From Naegleria gruberi (taxonomy: Eukaryota): a stretch of DNA of 64,000 bases. The notes beneath the pieces were generated by a model, which was given only the letters and a program-made list of their open reading frames with translations, was not told the DNA's origin and did not search any database. The position numbers and the translations under genes are program-made. Shown piece by piece: positions 1 to 9,166 of this stretch; within the stretch, counting starts at the first letter, position 1, and every line of letters starts with the position of its first letter. The stretch is from the NCBI GenBank assembly GCA_000004985.1, contig GG738866.1; one strand, written 5' to 3'.

Positions 1-56
1 CTTATAAACTAATGGATTCATAAATTTTAGAAATTTGTGTGAAATAGTTCACTTAC

Positions 57-992
57 CATTGGAAGCAGCAGCTGGAATGTTAGCAACGAACAAGAGTAAA
101 ATCCACAACCAAGCATTTGGATCATCACCTCCAGCACTATTGGCAAACATTGGGAAAATATCAATAATAATACCAATCATGACAAGCAAAACACCTCCGA
201 TGTGATAAACATTGTAACGGAAATGTAAAAAGAAGAAACTGGCAACCATGTTAATAAAAACGACACTTTGACTCATCAAAACGTTGACAGGTCCACTCAC
301 AAGTGCTGATGGAATTGTAGAAATCAATGTGTTCAAACTGTCCATAATACCCATAACAATAAACTTATAGGATGGGAATGTACGCATTTCCTTGCTGATA
401 GTTCCTCTGTACATTTTGAACCACTAAAGATGTGTTAAATAAACACAATCATCATTTGTTACTTCTTCTATTACTATAGGGAGTGAAAAAACTTACAGTC
501 ACTGGCCAAGATACGAAACAAAATCCCAAACTCAGGAAAACATCGGCCAACATGTATCTAATAAAGAATATCAATTCAATTCATCAACATCAACATCATA
601 TTATTCACAAGAGAATTATTTCACGCCAACAAAAAGAATCATTCGATCGGAATACATTATTTTCACAAGTCATCATCATCACTATGGTCATCATCATTAT
701 AAAAACAAAACAACACCTACTCGTAATTTCTCATCTTTTTAGTCATTCTCACATAGAGTACAAAATCGACACTTCTTGCCAAAACCATGACTACAGTCGC
801 AACGTACAACAAAATTGATTCTTTAAACTTTGATTGTTTGCTTTTATCATTGTCATCATGAGTTAACTCGGTCAAATTTGCTTCATCATTTTGAAATTGG
901 GATGGGTCATACGGAGAAGCCTCTGTACTATAGTATGATTGAATGGCGTGATTGTTGCCACCACCACTCGATGTTAATCGTTGTGTACTCAT
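57..992 (-). CDS. CRT-like (chloroquine-resistance-transporter family) membrane protein, 5' part of gene; 3' exons lie beyond the window start
   Basis: Exons resolved by frame and splice logic: 721..992 (ATG at 992, TM1), 497..557 (61-nt micro-exon encoding TM2 'YMLADVFLSLGFCFVSWPVT'), 57..423 (TM3-4). Donors are GTAGGT, GTAAGT and GTAAGT, and acceptors end TTAG. Exon 3 ends at AAT G|GTAAGT at 57, so the gene continues leftwards out of the window. The translated segment 'LHFRYNVYHIGGVLLVMIGIII' and flanks align to the PfCRT region '[23 protein letters not shown]' (from memory). Confidence 0.55.
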
Positions 993-1337
993 TTTTTTTG
1001 TTGTTGTAAAGAGAAAGTTTTTGGCGGAGAGTTGTGGAGTTGAAAACTCCTGGAGAATCTTTGATGGTTGGAATTTTCATGAATTTTTGAATTGTCGTTT
1101 AAGAATTCGATTCATTAAGGAATTTAATGATGGTAAGAGAGAATTTAAACGAGCTAGCAACATTAATTTCAAAGTGAGTTGGTATTTTTAGTCCAAATAT
1201 TCTGTTCACATTCTTCTCTACAAAGTTCACTTGTTTTTATGAGTAGTCCAAAGTGTGAACAGCAGTTCTTCAAACGAAATCTTGACATAATTAGGCCTGT
1301 TTCGGTTATGCATGAAAATTAAAATTTCTTAAAAAAA

Positions 1338-2690
1338 ATGATTGCACTTTCTGTGGTTGGTGATGGTCATGGTTCTTCACCGGGTGGCTTTCATCCAGAT
1401 CATTCCGTATCTTACAGTTTAGATTCACTGGCGAGTAGTTTTATAGGAAACGAAATTAACGAAACGGACGAAAGTAAGAAAATTAACAAATATGAACTCC
1501 CTTCCTATTCATCGAGTATTCATGATAATTCCTTTTCAAAAATTGAATCTTTTACGAATAGAATGAAAAAGAATTTTCACAAGAAGAAGGCAAAAAATCA
1601 AATAGATTTAATCAAGTCAATTGAATCTTACGAAAAAGCTTTGGAATTTTGTTTGAAAACGAATGATAATGCGAGTGCTGCTGGAAAGTTACATGTATAT
1701 ATAGGAAATTTGTATATGAAAAGATATTTAGAAAGGTTTCAGAAGGCATCTCAGAGGAAGTGGAATAATTTGGAAGATTTGGGTTTGAATCGTCCTTTTA
1801 AAAATGAAAGTCCTGAAAAGGAATATTGTGTGGAAGAGATTATTACATTAATTTCGGATAGATCTTTCATTATGAATCAGTTTATTTCATATGAGAAGGA
1901 TTTACTCTTATTTTCAGAGACTCTTTCGAATACGATCACATTAGAAAGAAATGAGCTAGCTTACACAGCACTGCATCACTATTTAAAGGGCCTCTCCAAT
2001 TTTCCTTTGAATATCAATTCATACTTGGGAATGGCTAAATTATTCTCCCTCTATGGAATGTATTTCTATTCGATTCCTCTTTTTAAGAGATGCATTGACA
2101 TGGTGAGAGCTTGTCGAAAGAAGAAAAACCCAAAACTTTTCAAATTCATCACTGAAGAATCATATACCAGTGCAAGTGAGGAGTTAGCTAAATGCTATCT
2201 CAATATTGGAAATTACAAGAACAGTGTCTACCTCTTCAAGAAGGCACTAAGTAAGAAGGAATTCAAAGATAGTTCACTACTTGGTTATCTTGCCATTTCA
2301 CTCTTTGAACTGAATCCAACCAAGAATAGAGCTGAAAGTTTACATTGTCTCAAGTTGGCCATTACCAACAGTCCAGATTTAGGTTTCCCATATGCATGTC
2401 TTGCATTTATTAATTATGAAATTCCTGAGCAACCTAAAGATGATATTCTCGATCTTTTCATTTCTTCCCTCGAAAAATCAACCAATGATCCAATTGTAAA
2501 CCATTACTATTCCAAATACCTGATGAATGAGAAGAGATTTGACAAGGCATTCAATCTATTAAGAGATGCCTATATGAATTCACCTCCAAACATTGAACTT
2601 TACATATCCCTTTCCAAATCTCTTGAGCTGATAGGTCAGTCATCAAGTTTCCTACAGGAAAAAATCAAATCCATCCAAGTGCTCACTTGA
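1338..2690 (+). CDS. TPR-like helical-repeat protein (function unassigned)
   Basis: 450-aa uninterrupted ORF starting at a real ATG at 1338 in an A-rich context. Amphipathic helical repeats with a TPR-like pattern; no specific family recognised. Confidence 0.45.
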   Translation: MIALSVVGDGHGSSPGGFHPDHSVSYSLDSLASSFIGNEINETDESKKINKYELPSYSSSIHDNSFSKIESFTNRMKKNFHKKKAKNQIDLIKSIESYEKALEFCLKTNDNASAAGKLHVYIGNLYMKRYLERFQKASQRKWNNLEDLGLNRPFKNESPEKEYCVEEIITLISDRSFIMNQFISYEKDLLLFSETLSNTITLERNELAYTALHHYLKGLSNFPLNINSYLGMAKLFSLYGMYFYSIPLFKRCIDMVRACRKKKNPKLFKFITEESYTSASEELAKCYLNIGNYKNSVYLFKKALSKKEFKDSSLLGYLAISLFELNPTKNRAESLHCLKLAITNSPDLGFPYACLAFINYEIPEQPKDDILDLFISSLEKSTNDPIVNHYYSKYLMNEKRFDKAFNLLRDAYMNSPPNIELYISLSKSLELIGQSSSFLQEKIKSIQVLT

Positions 2691-2924
2691 ATTTCTAGTA
2701 ATTTTTCTCATTGTAAAACAAGTTCTTCATTGTTGTAAAATTTTACTGCAATTCCAAAAAAACAACCCAAATTCTAAATTTAAAAAAATACAGCAATTCA
2801 ATCCGTACGGAATTTGTTCTTTTTGAATTTCGGAAGAGACACGTTTGTTTTCCAGTTAGTAAAAATCATCAGCAAGAGGAGCTCATCTAGAAATTTAGTT
2901 TAATAATTTACATATTAAATAAAA

Positions 2925-3932
2925 ATGTCTTCAGGACACAACGATAGTAATAACATCAATTTATTAGATAATAATTTAGAAACAACATTAAATACAGTGG
3001 GATCATCATCAGCGTTTGGAACCAGTATGCAAACTTTACAAGATAGTGACGTCTTTGATGACGAAATGGATGAAATTTTAGCTTCCTATAAACAAGAATT
3101 TGATTTGGAAGCAAGTGCTTTGAAGGAATTGGAAGAAGGATCACCAACATCAGACATTGAAAATGTCAATGGTCCTAACAATTTGGATTATTCATTAGAT
3201 GAAGTACCAGTTGATGATGGTGAGCCAAAGTTTGTTTGCGACACAACAATTCCTGGAGTTGCCAAACATTTGAGAATGCTTGGAATTGACACTCTTCATC
3301 ACGATAACTTTTCCCAAAATTATATTCTCTACTTGGCTAGAACTCAACACAGAACTATTCTAACATTTAGTATGAAATTACAAAAAAATATTGACCAAAT
3401 TTTAAACAATTACAAAAAGAAAAAGGAACGAGTTGAAGAATTGAAAAAGAAATTGAATGAACTACAAGTTGAAGATGAAACAAAGCCACAAATAAGTAAT
3501 AGTTCAGCTACTACTTCTACTCCTTACAATAAGTGGAAAGAAACTAAGGAAAAGATTCAAACAAGAATTGAACAATACGAAATGGACTTGAGTGATCCAA
3601 TTTTGAGCTACCCTTACAAATATTATTTGTTAAAGACCAAAGGAAGATATAATCAAATTAACGAAGTTGTAAATACATTCAAAATCAGATACATCCCAGA
3701 GAAGATGTTTACTAGATGTGCATCTTGCAGTGGAACTTTACGAAAGATTCCAAACAAGGAAGAAGTCAAGCACTTGCTTGAACAAAATACCTACAATGAC
3801 AATGATCATTATTCTATGTGCAATAGATGTAAGCAATTGTTCTGGGGAATTCACATTGAAAATCCAGCCCAAAGAGAAGCTGTCGAAAAAGCCATAGCGT
3901 TCTGTGAAGAATATTCCTACAAGGGTGATTAA
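2925..3932 (+). CDS. Mut7-C / PIN-like nuclease-domain protein with C-terminal Cys4 zinc ribbon
   Basis: 335-aa ORF with a real ATG. 'FVCDTTIPGVAKHLRMLGIDTL' matches the Mut7-C N-terminal consensus (rFlcD..LgkLarwLRllGyDt). The C-terminus carries 'CASCSG...C..CNRC' in zinc-ribbon spacing. Confidence 0.45.
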   Translation: MSSGHNDSNNINLLDNNLETTLNTVGSSSAFGTSMQTLQDSDVFDDEMDEILASYKQEFDLEASALKELEEGSPTSDIENVNGPNNLDYSLDEVPVDDGEPKFVCDTTIPGVAKHLRMLGIDTLHHDNFSQNYILYLARTQHRTILTFSMKLQKNIDQILNNYKKKKERVEELKKKLNELQVEDETKPQISNSSATTSTPYNKWKETKEKIQTRIEQYEMDLSDPILSYPYKYYLLKTKGRYNQINEVVNTFKIRYIPEKMFTRCASCSGTLRKIPNKEEVKHLLEQNTYNDNDHYSMCNRCKQLFWGIHIENPAQREAVEKAIAFCEEYSYKGD

Positions 3933-4024
3933 ATAAATAAGTTAGTGTAGATTTTATATACATCATCTAAAGTTACAAGAATGTCACAGATATTGATCTA
4001 TTTCAAAAATAATTGTTGGTCAAC

Positions 4025-4904
4025 TTAATAGTAACCACCACCATATGGTGGATATCCCATTGGTGGAGGAACACCATAGGCTTGTTGTTGTGGATATCCA
4101 GTAGTATAAGTTGTTGATTGAGTCATCATTGGTTGTTGCATCATTGGTTGCATCATAGGTTGAGTTTGAACCATTGGCATCATTGTTGGATGCATCATTG
4201 GTTGCTGCATCATAGGTTGTTGCATCATTGGTTGTTGCATCATCATTGGCTGTTGCATCATTGGTTGTTGCATCATTGGTTGCATCATCGGCTGTGACAT
4301 CATGGCTTGACCAAAATCAAGAGCATTCAATTCAACCATCAAAACTCCTGATCTAGCTCCCATTAAATTCAATGTCATTCTTTCTGGAACTCCTCTTCTC
4401 AAAGTATTCAATTGAACAACAGCAGATCCCAATGGATCATCATTACTAATTAAATCCTTGTCATATAAATCAAAAGTGACAGATTCTCTCATAGGATCCA
4501 TAACACTGACAGTGAAACTTTCAAACCAGGCAGGATTCAAAGTCATAGGCTTGGTAGAAGTACGATGTTTAGCACGTCCACATTTAATAATACAATATCT
4601 ATTTATCAAATTTCCAATCAAGTCCGAAATATTCATCATTAAAATATTCGAAAATTTTCATGATGATTTTTTTAATATATTGTTATTATTATATAATTAT
4701 TTAAATTAATAAAATTGATGAAAACAATGATAAACATTTTAATAGACAATATAAAACATACGGATCACTAGTACCTGTAATATCTTTTGCGACAAGATTA
4801 TGTGCACTCAAAACGGTAATATTCAAGGTTGGCATTGCGTGAAGATAGATGGCCTTGGTGTGGAGGTAATTTTTTGGTTTTATTTTGTTATTGGGTGACC
4901 ACAT
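4025..4904 (-). CDS. C2-domain protein with C-terminal Met/Gln/Pro-rich repeat and YPxxGY tail
   Basis: Two exons: 4762..4904 (ATG at 4904; an alternative ATG lies at 4835) and 4025..4598. The intron spans 4599..4761, with donor GTATGT immediately after 'GATCC' and acceptor AATAG. The spliced product reads '...DITGTSDPYCIIKCGRAKHRTSTKPMTLNPAWFE', the C2 core (DPYv..k.k....KT..i...lNPvWnE). The tail is (QPMM)n followed by 'GYPPYGGGYY'. Confidence 0.55.
4123..4306 (-). repeat. Coding minisatellite (12-15-nt units, 'catcattggttg ttgcatcattgg...') encoding a (Q-P-M-M)n tract
   Basis: The tandem imperfect units are directly visible. They translate on the minus strand to 'MMQPMMQQPMMQQPMMMQQPMMQQPMM'. 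Confidence 0.6.
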
Positions 4905-5394
4905 CAAATCGATCAAGGCGTCAGAGTTTCGTTTTGTTCCGTTGTCCGATTATTAATAGAATTTAAGTTATTGTGGTGTTGTAAACAAGAAAATATTTTA
5001 ATTGGAAGGGGTGGTTGAAAAGGAAAAGAAGCGACGCTCTTGAATCTTATGGTAATACAGTGAAGTATTAGATTGAACCTTAAAGATCATTATTATTCAA
5101 TTAAAAGTAATGAGAATGGTTTTGCTCACGGTGGTTGTTGGACACATGTCAAAAAGACTTTTTTTGACTAGAAAATATCTTCACAAACCACAACCATGAT
5201 CCTCGAAAATCTACCGAACAGATACAGAATAAGAATTCTGATCAATCTTTCATTTTGTGAGACTCGTTCCTAAACATCACCGTTCAGTTGGGCAGAATTG
5301 GAATAGTATCAAAATTTAAGGTTGTTTGTCTTATTTCTGGACCTTAAAAAACATGAATAAGAAGGAAAATCCATTTTAATTACCAGATTTACTC

Positions 5395-5610
5395 AAACAA
5401 AGTCACAAAACCAACTATCGGTGTTGAATACGGTGCTAAATCTATTGAATATGATGGTGTTTCTATCAAGGGTCAAATTTGGTTACGTACATAACGTTTT
5501 ATTCATGGAAACATCTTTTGATAGTCTAACGTAGATGAAGCTTTCACCACACTTTTGAAGGAAATTAACAAGACTCATTTGATTGAAGAATGCTCTCAAT
5601 GTTTGTCCAC
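5395..5610 (+). pseudogene. Rab-family small GTPase gene relic (fragments only)
   Basis: One frame reads 'IYSNKVTKPTIGVEYGAKSIEYDGVSIKGQIW' (Rab effector/switch-I region, 'TIGVdF...dgk.vklQIW'). Stops follow directly where 'DTAGQE' should be. About 50 nt downstream another frame gives 'VDEAFTTLLKEINKTHL', a Rab C-terminal helix. No P-loop, G4 or G5 is present and there are multiple stops. Confidence 0.3.
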
Positions 5611-6307
5611 CAATTACCAAGAAGGTATTAAACGAAAATGGAGTTTGCATTCAATGCTAAAATTGGAGGAAACTATTAGAAATTGATTTGGAAAAAGTTT
5701 GGTTGGTGTTTAAATATGCTCAATGTAATTCTGTTCTTGCTACGTGGATTGATTTGACTGATGATTCAATGATTACGGCTTTGGGAGATTCTATGGTAAA
5801 CAAGATATTTCTGAAGGCTGTGTGGAAATCTGCCGATATTTTGAATCAAAGTTTTAAAGCTTTGAAACAATTGTTACATGTAAACAAATTCATTAAGACT
5901 CACTCTCAAGAAAATTCAACAAACAATTTCACAACTTAAACTACGGTTTGTTAATTAATCGTAAATCCATAACACCATCTATAAGTGCGCCATGATGTAA
6001 ACATGCAGTGAAGATCTACTGAATTTCCATAGAACAATTTTCATGCTGATCTACACATTCATCATGATTTACACTTGTCAATCTACATGCAGCTTTAGTA
6101 ATACTTTAGTTGAAAGTGGTCCATTGGAATATCTACCCATTTTTGAGCAACCAATTTACTGTGAGTAATGAGTGTATGCAGATAGATGACACTCAAAGGT
6201 CAATAAATGATTATCTGCTACTCAATTTCATCTTCATCTAAAACACATGCACAACACTTCTCAAAACTCTCGCAAATAATTTTATTCACACTCTAGATTA
6301 CAAATAT

Positions 6308-7156
6308 TTACAAATTTTGCTTGAAAGCAATATTCAAAACAGCTAAAGTAATTTGATCCATAAAATTAGCTTCCAAATCACTTGAATTTAACACATAGGA
6401 CAATTCAGCCTTTCTACCTGATGAAACTGAACCATTTGAATTGGAACTCGACGACGATCTATCATCAATGTGTTGAGTGAAATGATGATGAACAGTATTC
6501 GATGTAGAACCACATACAAGTCCAGGCCATCTTCCCATGTTTAATTCGTAAAATCTTCTTTTCAGAGTTGACAAGGAAATTCCCAATTCTTTAGCAGCAA
6601 CAGTTTGTGGAAGTGGCATGACTCGAATTAAATCAGAAACAGTTACACTAATCTTACTCTTCTTCTTATTGGAGGAAGGTGAAGATGCATGTGATGATTT
6701 TTTGCTATTATTTGATTCTCTCTTTCTCTTTTGAATGCCTCGAGCAGATGGAGAGGATGAAGAATTGTTGTGTTGGTGATGTTGGTTATTTGAAGAGGAT
6801 TTACTGGATGTATGACTGAGTGGAGATGAGGTTGTGTTTCTATTGGTATGGCTGTGACTTGTGGATCTGTTTTTGGTTGTGGATGTTGGTTGAGTGGTAG
6901 TAATGTGGTGGTTGGAGGTTTGTTGGGCTGTGGAGTTCATCATCATTGGTGTTGTATATGGGTTAGAAGAAGCTGGGAAGGAGGATATGATTGGGCATGG
7001 TCTTGTAGCAGTTGGGACAGGTTTCGAATAGTTAGAAATGAGATTAGTTTGTTGTTTATCCTCAAACATGTTTGAAGGTGAAGAAGAAGTGCTTGTTGGA
7101 TAAATATTATGTGTATTTTGGAACATGTGGCTTTCAGATGGATAATGACAAAGCAT
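6308..7156 (-). CDS. RWP-RK domain transcription-factor-like protein (Ser/Thr/Asn-rich)
   Basis: The open frame runs 6308..7219; the first ATG is at 7156, and the frame opens with TTG after a TAA stop. The C-terminus 'VSDLIRVMPLPQTVAAKELGISLSTLKRRFYELNMGRWP' matches the RWP-RK core (..AA..LGvs.T.LKr.cR..Gi.RWP). Confidence 0.5.
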   Translation of the reverse strand: MLCHYPSESHMFQNTHNIYPTSTSSSPSNMFEDKQQTNLISNYSKPVPTATRPCPIISSFPASSNPYTTPMMMNSTAQQTSNHHITTTQPTSTTKNRSTSHSHTNRNTTSSPLSHTSSKSSSNNQHHQHNNSSSSPSARGIQKRKRESNNSKKSSHASSPSSNKKKSKISVTVSDLIRVMPLPQTVAAKELGISLSTLKRRFYELNMGRWPGLVCGSTSNTVHHHFTQHIDDRSSSSSNSNGSVSSGRKAELSYVLNSSDLEANFMDQITLAVLNIAFKQNL

Positions 7157-8522
7157 ATTGGTTGAGATGATTAGTTTGTTTTTTTTGTTTATGGAAATCT
7201 GAGAATGAGACCTAAACAATGTTTAATACGAAACTCATGAAGTGAATATGGAGGACAACTACTGAACGCACATTTAACCCCTCTCTAATTCTAATAACTT
7301 TTTGTTGAAACTCTCGACTCAGGACCTTGTTGAATGTTCGCTTTGGAGAACAAGGTCAAGAAAAGAATCAACAATATATTTCAAACTGAAGGATTTATTA
7401 ACAGGTTGTGATGGGTGGAGTTTTCGAAGAAATGCCCAGCATAGCTCAAGTTTCCCACCAATTTATTCAAAGCTAAATTGAACAGTAATGATTTGGAGAG
7501 GATGCTGGTGTTTTGGAAGGAACAGGCCTAAGAACAACAATGAGGTGCGAAAGTGTTCAAATGAGGACCACTAATGAAGGCTATTTTGTTGGTACACTTT
7601 ACTTTTTGGAGGTTAACGAGACATTTAGCCGCAGGAATAGGAATTATTGACAGTTGCCTTTTGATTGATGTATTGAGGATGGATTTGATTCAACTAATAC
7701 CTAAAACTCCACTAAACATCTCAATAATTCTTAATGTTCTACAGTAAAAACTCATTGAACAACTTGATTGGGAATTTCAAAGATTGATTATTTACAGTGA
7801 TTTGAATGGTTTATTGCAATCACCTATAACTTGAATCAATGCTCAGTTCTTGTGCATACCACAATGGCAAACAAGTGATAAGGCTCACTTCAATTAGAGG
7901 TTACAATTCGAAACACAAAGGTTCCTTCATTGGATAATTGGAATGTGCCACTTGGAATGCGTGTTCAGTCAAGGACTTTGTTTGTTCCTCAACTAGAACT
8001 GCAGCTGTTCTTTGATTTTTTAACATTGTTTTACGTTGTTCTGGCATCAGAAAATAAATTCTCTTCACATGCTCCACTTAAACTTGATTGTCAAAATGAT
8101 TGTTCACATGTGTAGGCTAGACAATGAATACAAATGAAAATTGATGGATAAGTTTGCTGCTACACATGTGAAAATCAGTTTCACTATCTATTAAATATTA
8201 TCTTTCCACATGAATACATGCACTATAATTTCTAACATGGATGAATTGAAAAACAGGAACTGAAATATTACATTCATGGATAAAAATGATATAAACACAA
8301 TTCAACAATTATAGGAAGTAGCTTGCTATGATTGGATCGAAATATGTTACAAAGTCTGATGCATGCTGATATTTGAAAAGGCACAGATATTGAATGAATA
8401 ATATTGCAAGGTTTTTCATAAAATTGATAATATTGAGCTTATTAAAATCTCTGTGGATCTATCGCTTCCACATTTCATTTTGGCTAATTTCACAATCCAC
8501 TTTTGTTGGAATATTCCAACCT

Positions 8523-9044
8523 CTAATCTTCTTCATAATTTACAATAAATCCAACATCTTGAAAAGTGAAATCCTTCTTATACAAGTGATCCTTCCTCAT
8601 ATGTTCGTCTCTCTGTTCACTTGTTCTAAATTTTGCATTACAAATAGATTTATCCTCAACCAAACATTGATAACAATCCTTTTTGAGTGCCATAACACTA
8701 AAGAATGAATCATGATTTTCCTCTAAATGCACCGATAAGAGAAATGCACTCGGAAACACTCTACTACATTCCGTACAGACATGTTTATGAAGACTTTCCA
8801 AATGATGCTCAAATTCGAAATTATTTCCAACATATTGACCACATAAATCACAATTAAATCCTTCCTCAGTTGTTGCTTCATCTGTACAATTACTATCCAA
8901 GTACTCTTCAATTGATGATGTTTCATTTGAATCATCATGAGCCATGATGGTAGAATCAAGGAATGTCGAAGAACAACTCCCAACACAAAAAAATGAATCA
9001 ATCGGAGAGATAATTCTCTTCAATCGAGGGAATGCATTTTTCAT
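8523..9044 (-). CDS. ZNF511: ZNF511-like C2H2 zinc-finger protein
   Basis: 173-aa ORF with a real ATG at 9044. 'HVCTECSRVFPSAFLLSVHLEENHDSFF' and 'YQCLVEDKSICNAKFRTSEQRDEHMRKDHLYKKDFTF' are collinear with human ZNF511 'NVCSFCKRAFPSGHLLDAHILEWHDSLF...YQCLVEGCTEKFKTSRDRKDHMVRMHLYPADFRF' (from memory). Confidence 0.55.
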   Translation of the reverse strand: MKNAFPRLKRIISPIDSFFCVGSCSSTFLDSTIMAHDDSNETSSIEEYLDSNCTDEATTEEGFNCDLCGQYVGNNFEFEHHLESLHKHVCTECSRVFPSAFLLSVHLEENHDSFFSVMALKKDCYQCLVEDKSICNAKFRTSEQRDEHMRKDHLYKKDFTFQDVGFIVNYEED

Positions 9045-9166
9045 CTTTCTATTTTTTTAATATTTTGTTAATATTTTCTCAGAATATTTTGTAATGGTTA
9101 CCAAACTCCGAATTCCCCTCCTTTCAAGAAATAATTCAATTAAAAAACAAATATTTAAAAAAACAA

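Noticed and set aside
483-818. 111-aa plus-strand ORF
   Set aside because: It is antisense to the introns and micro-exon of the CRT-like gene. Its composition is His/Ile/Gln-rich, with no start context or homology.
5688-5939. 83-aa plus-strand ORF next to the Rab relic
   Set aside because: No homology, no splice or start context. It lies in a region full of stops in all frames, so it is treated as chance.
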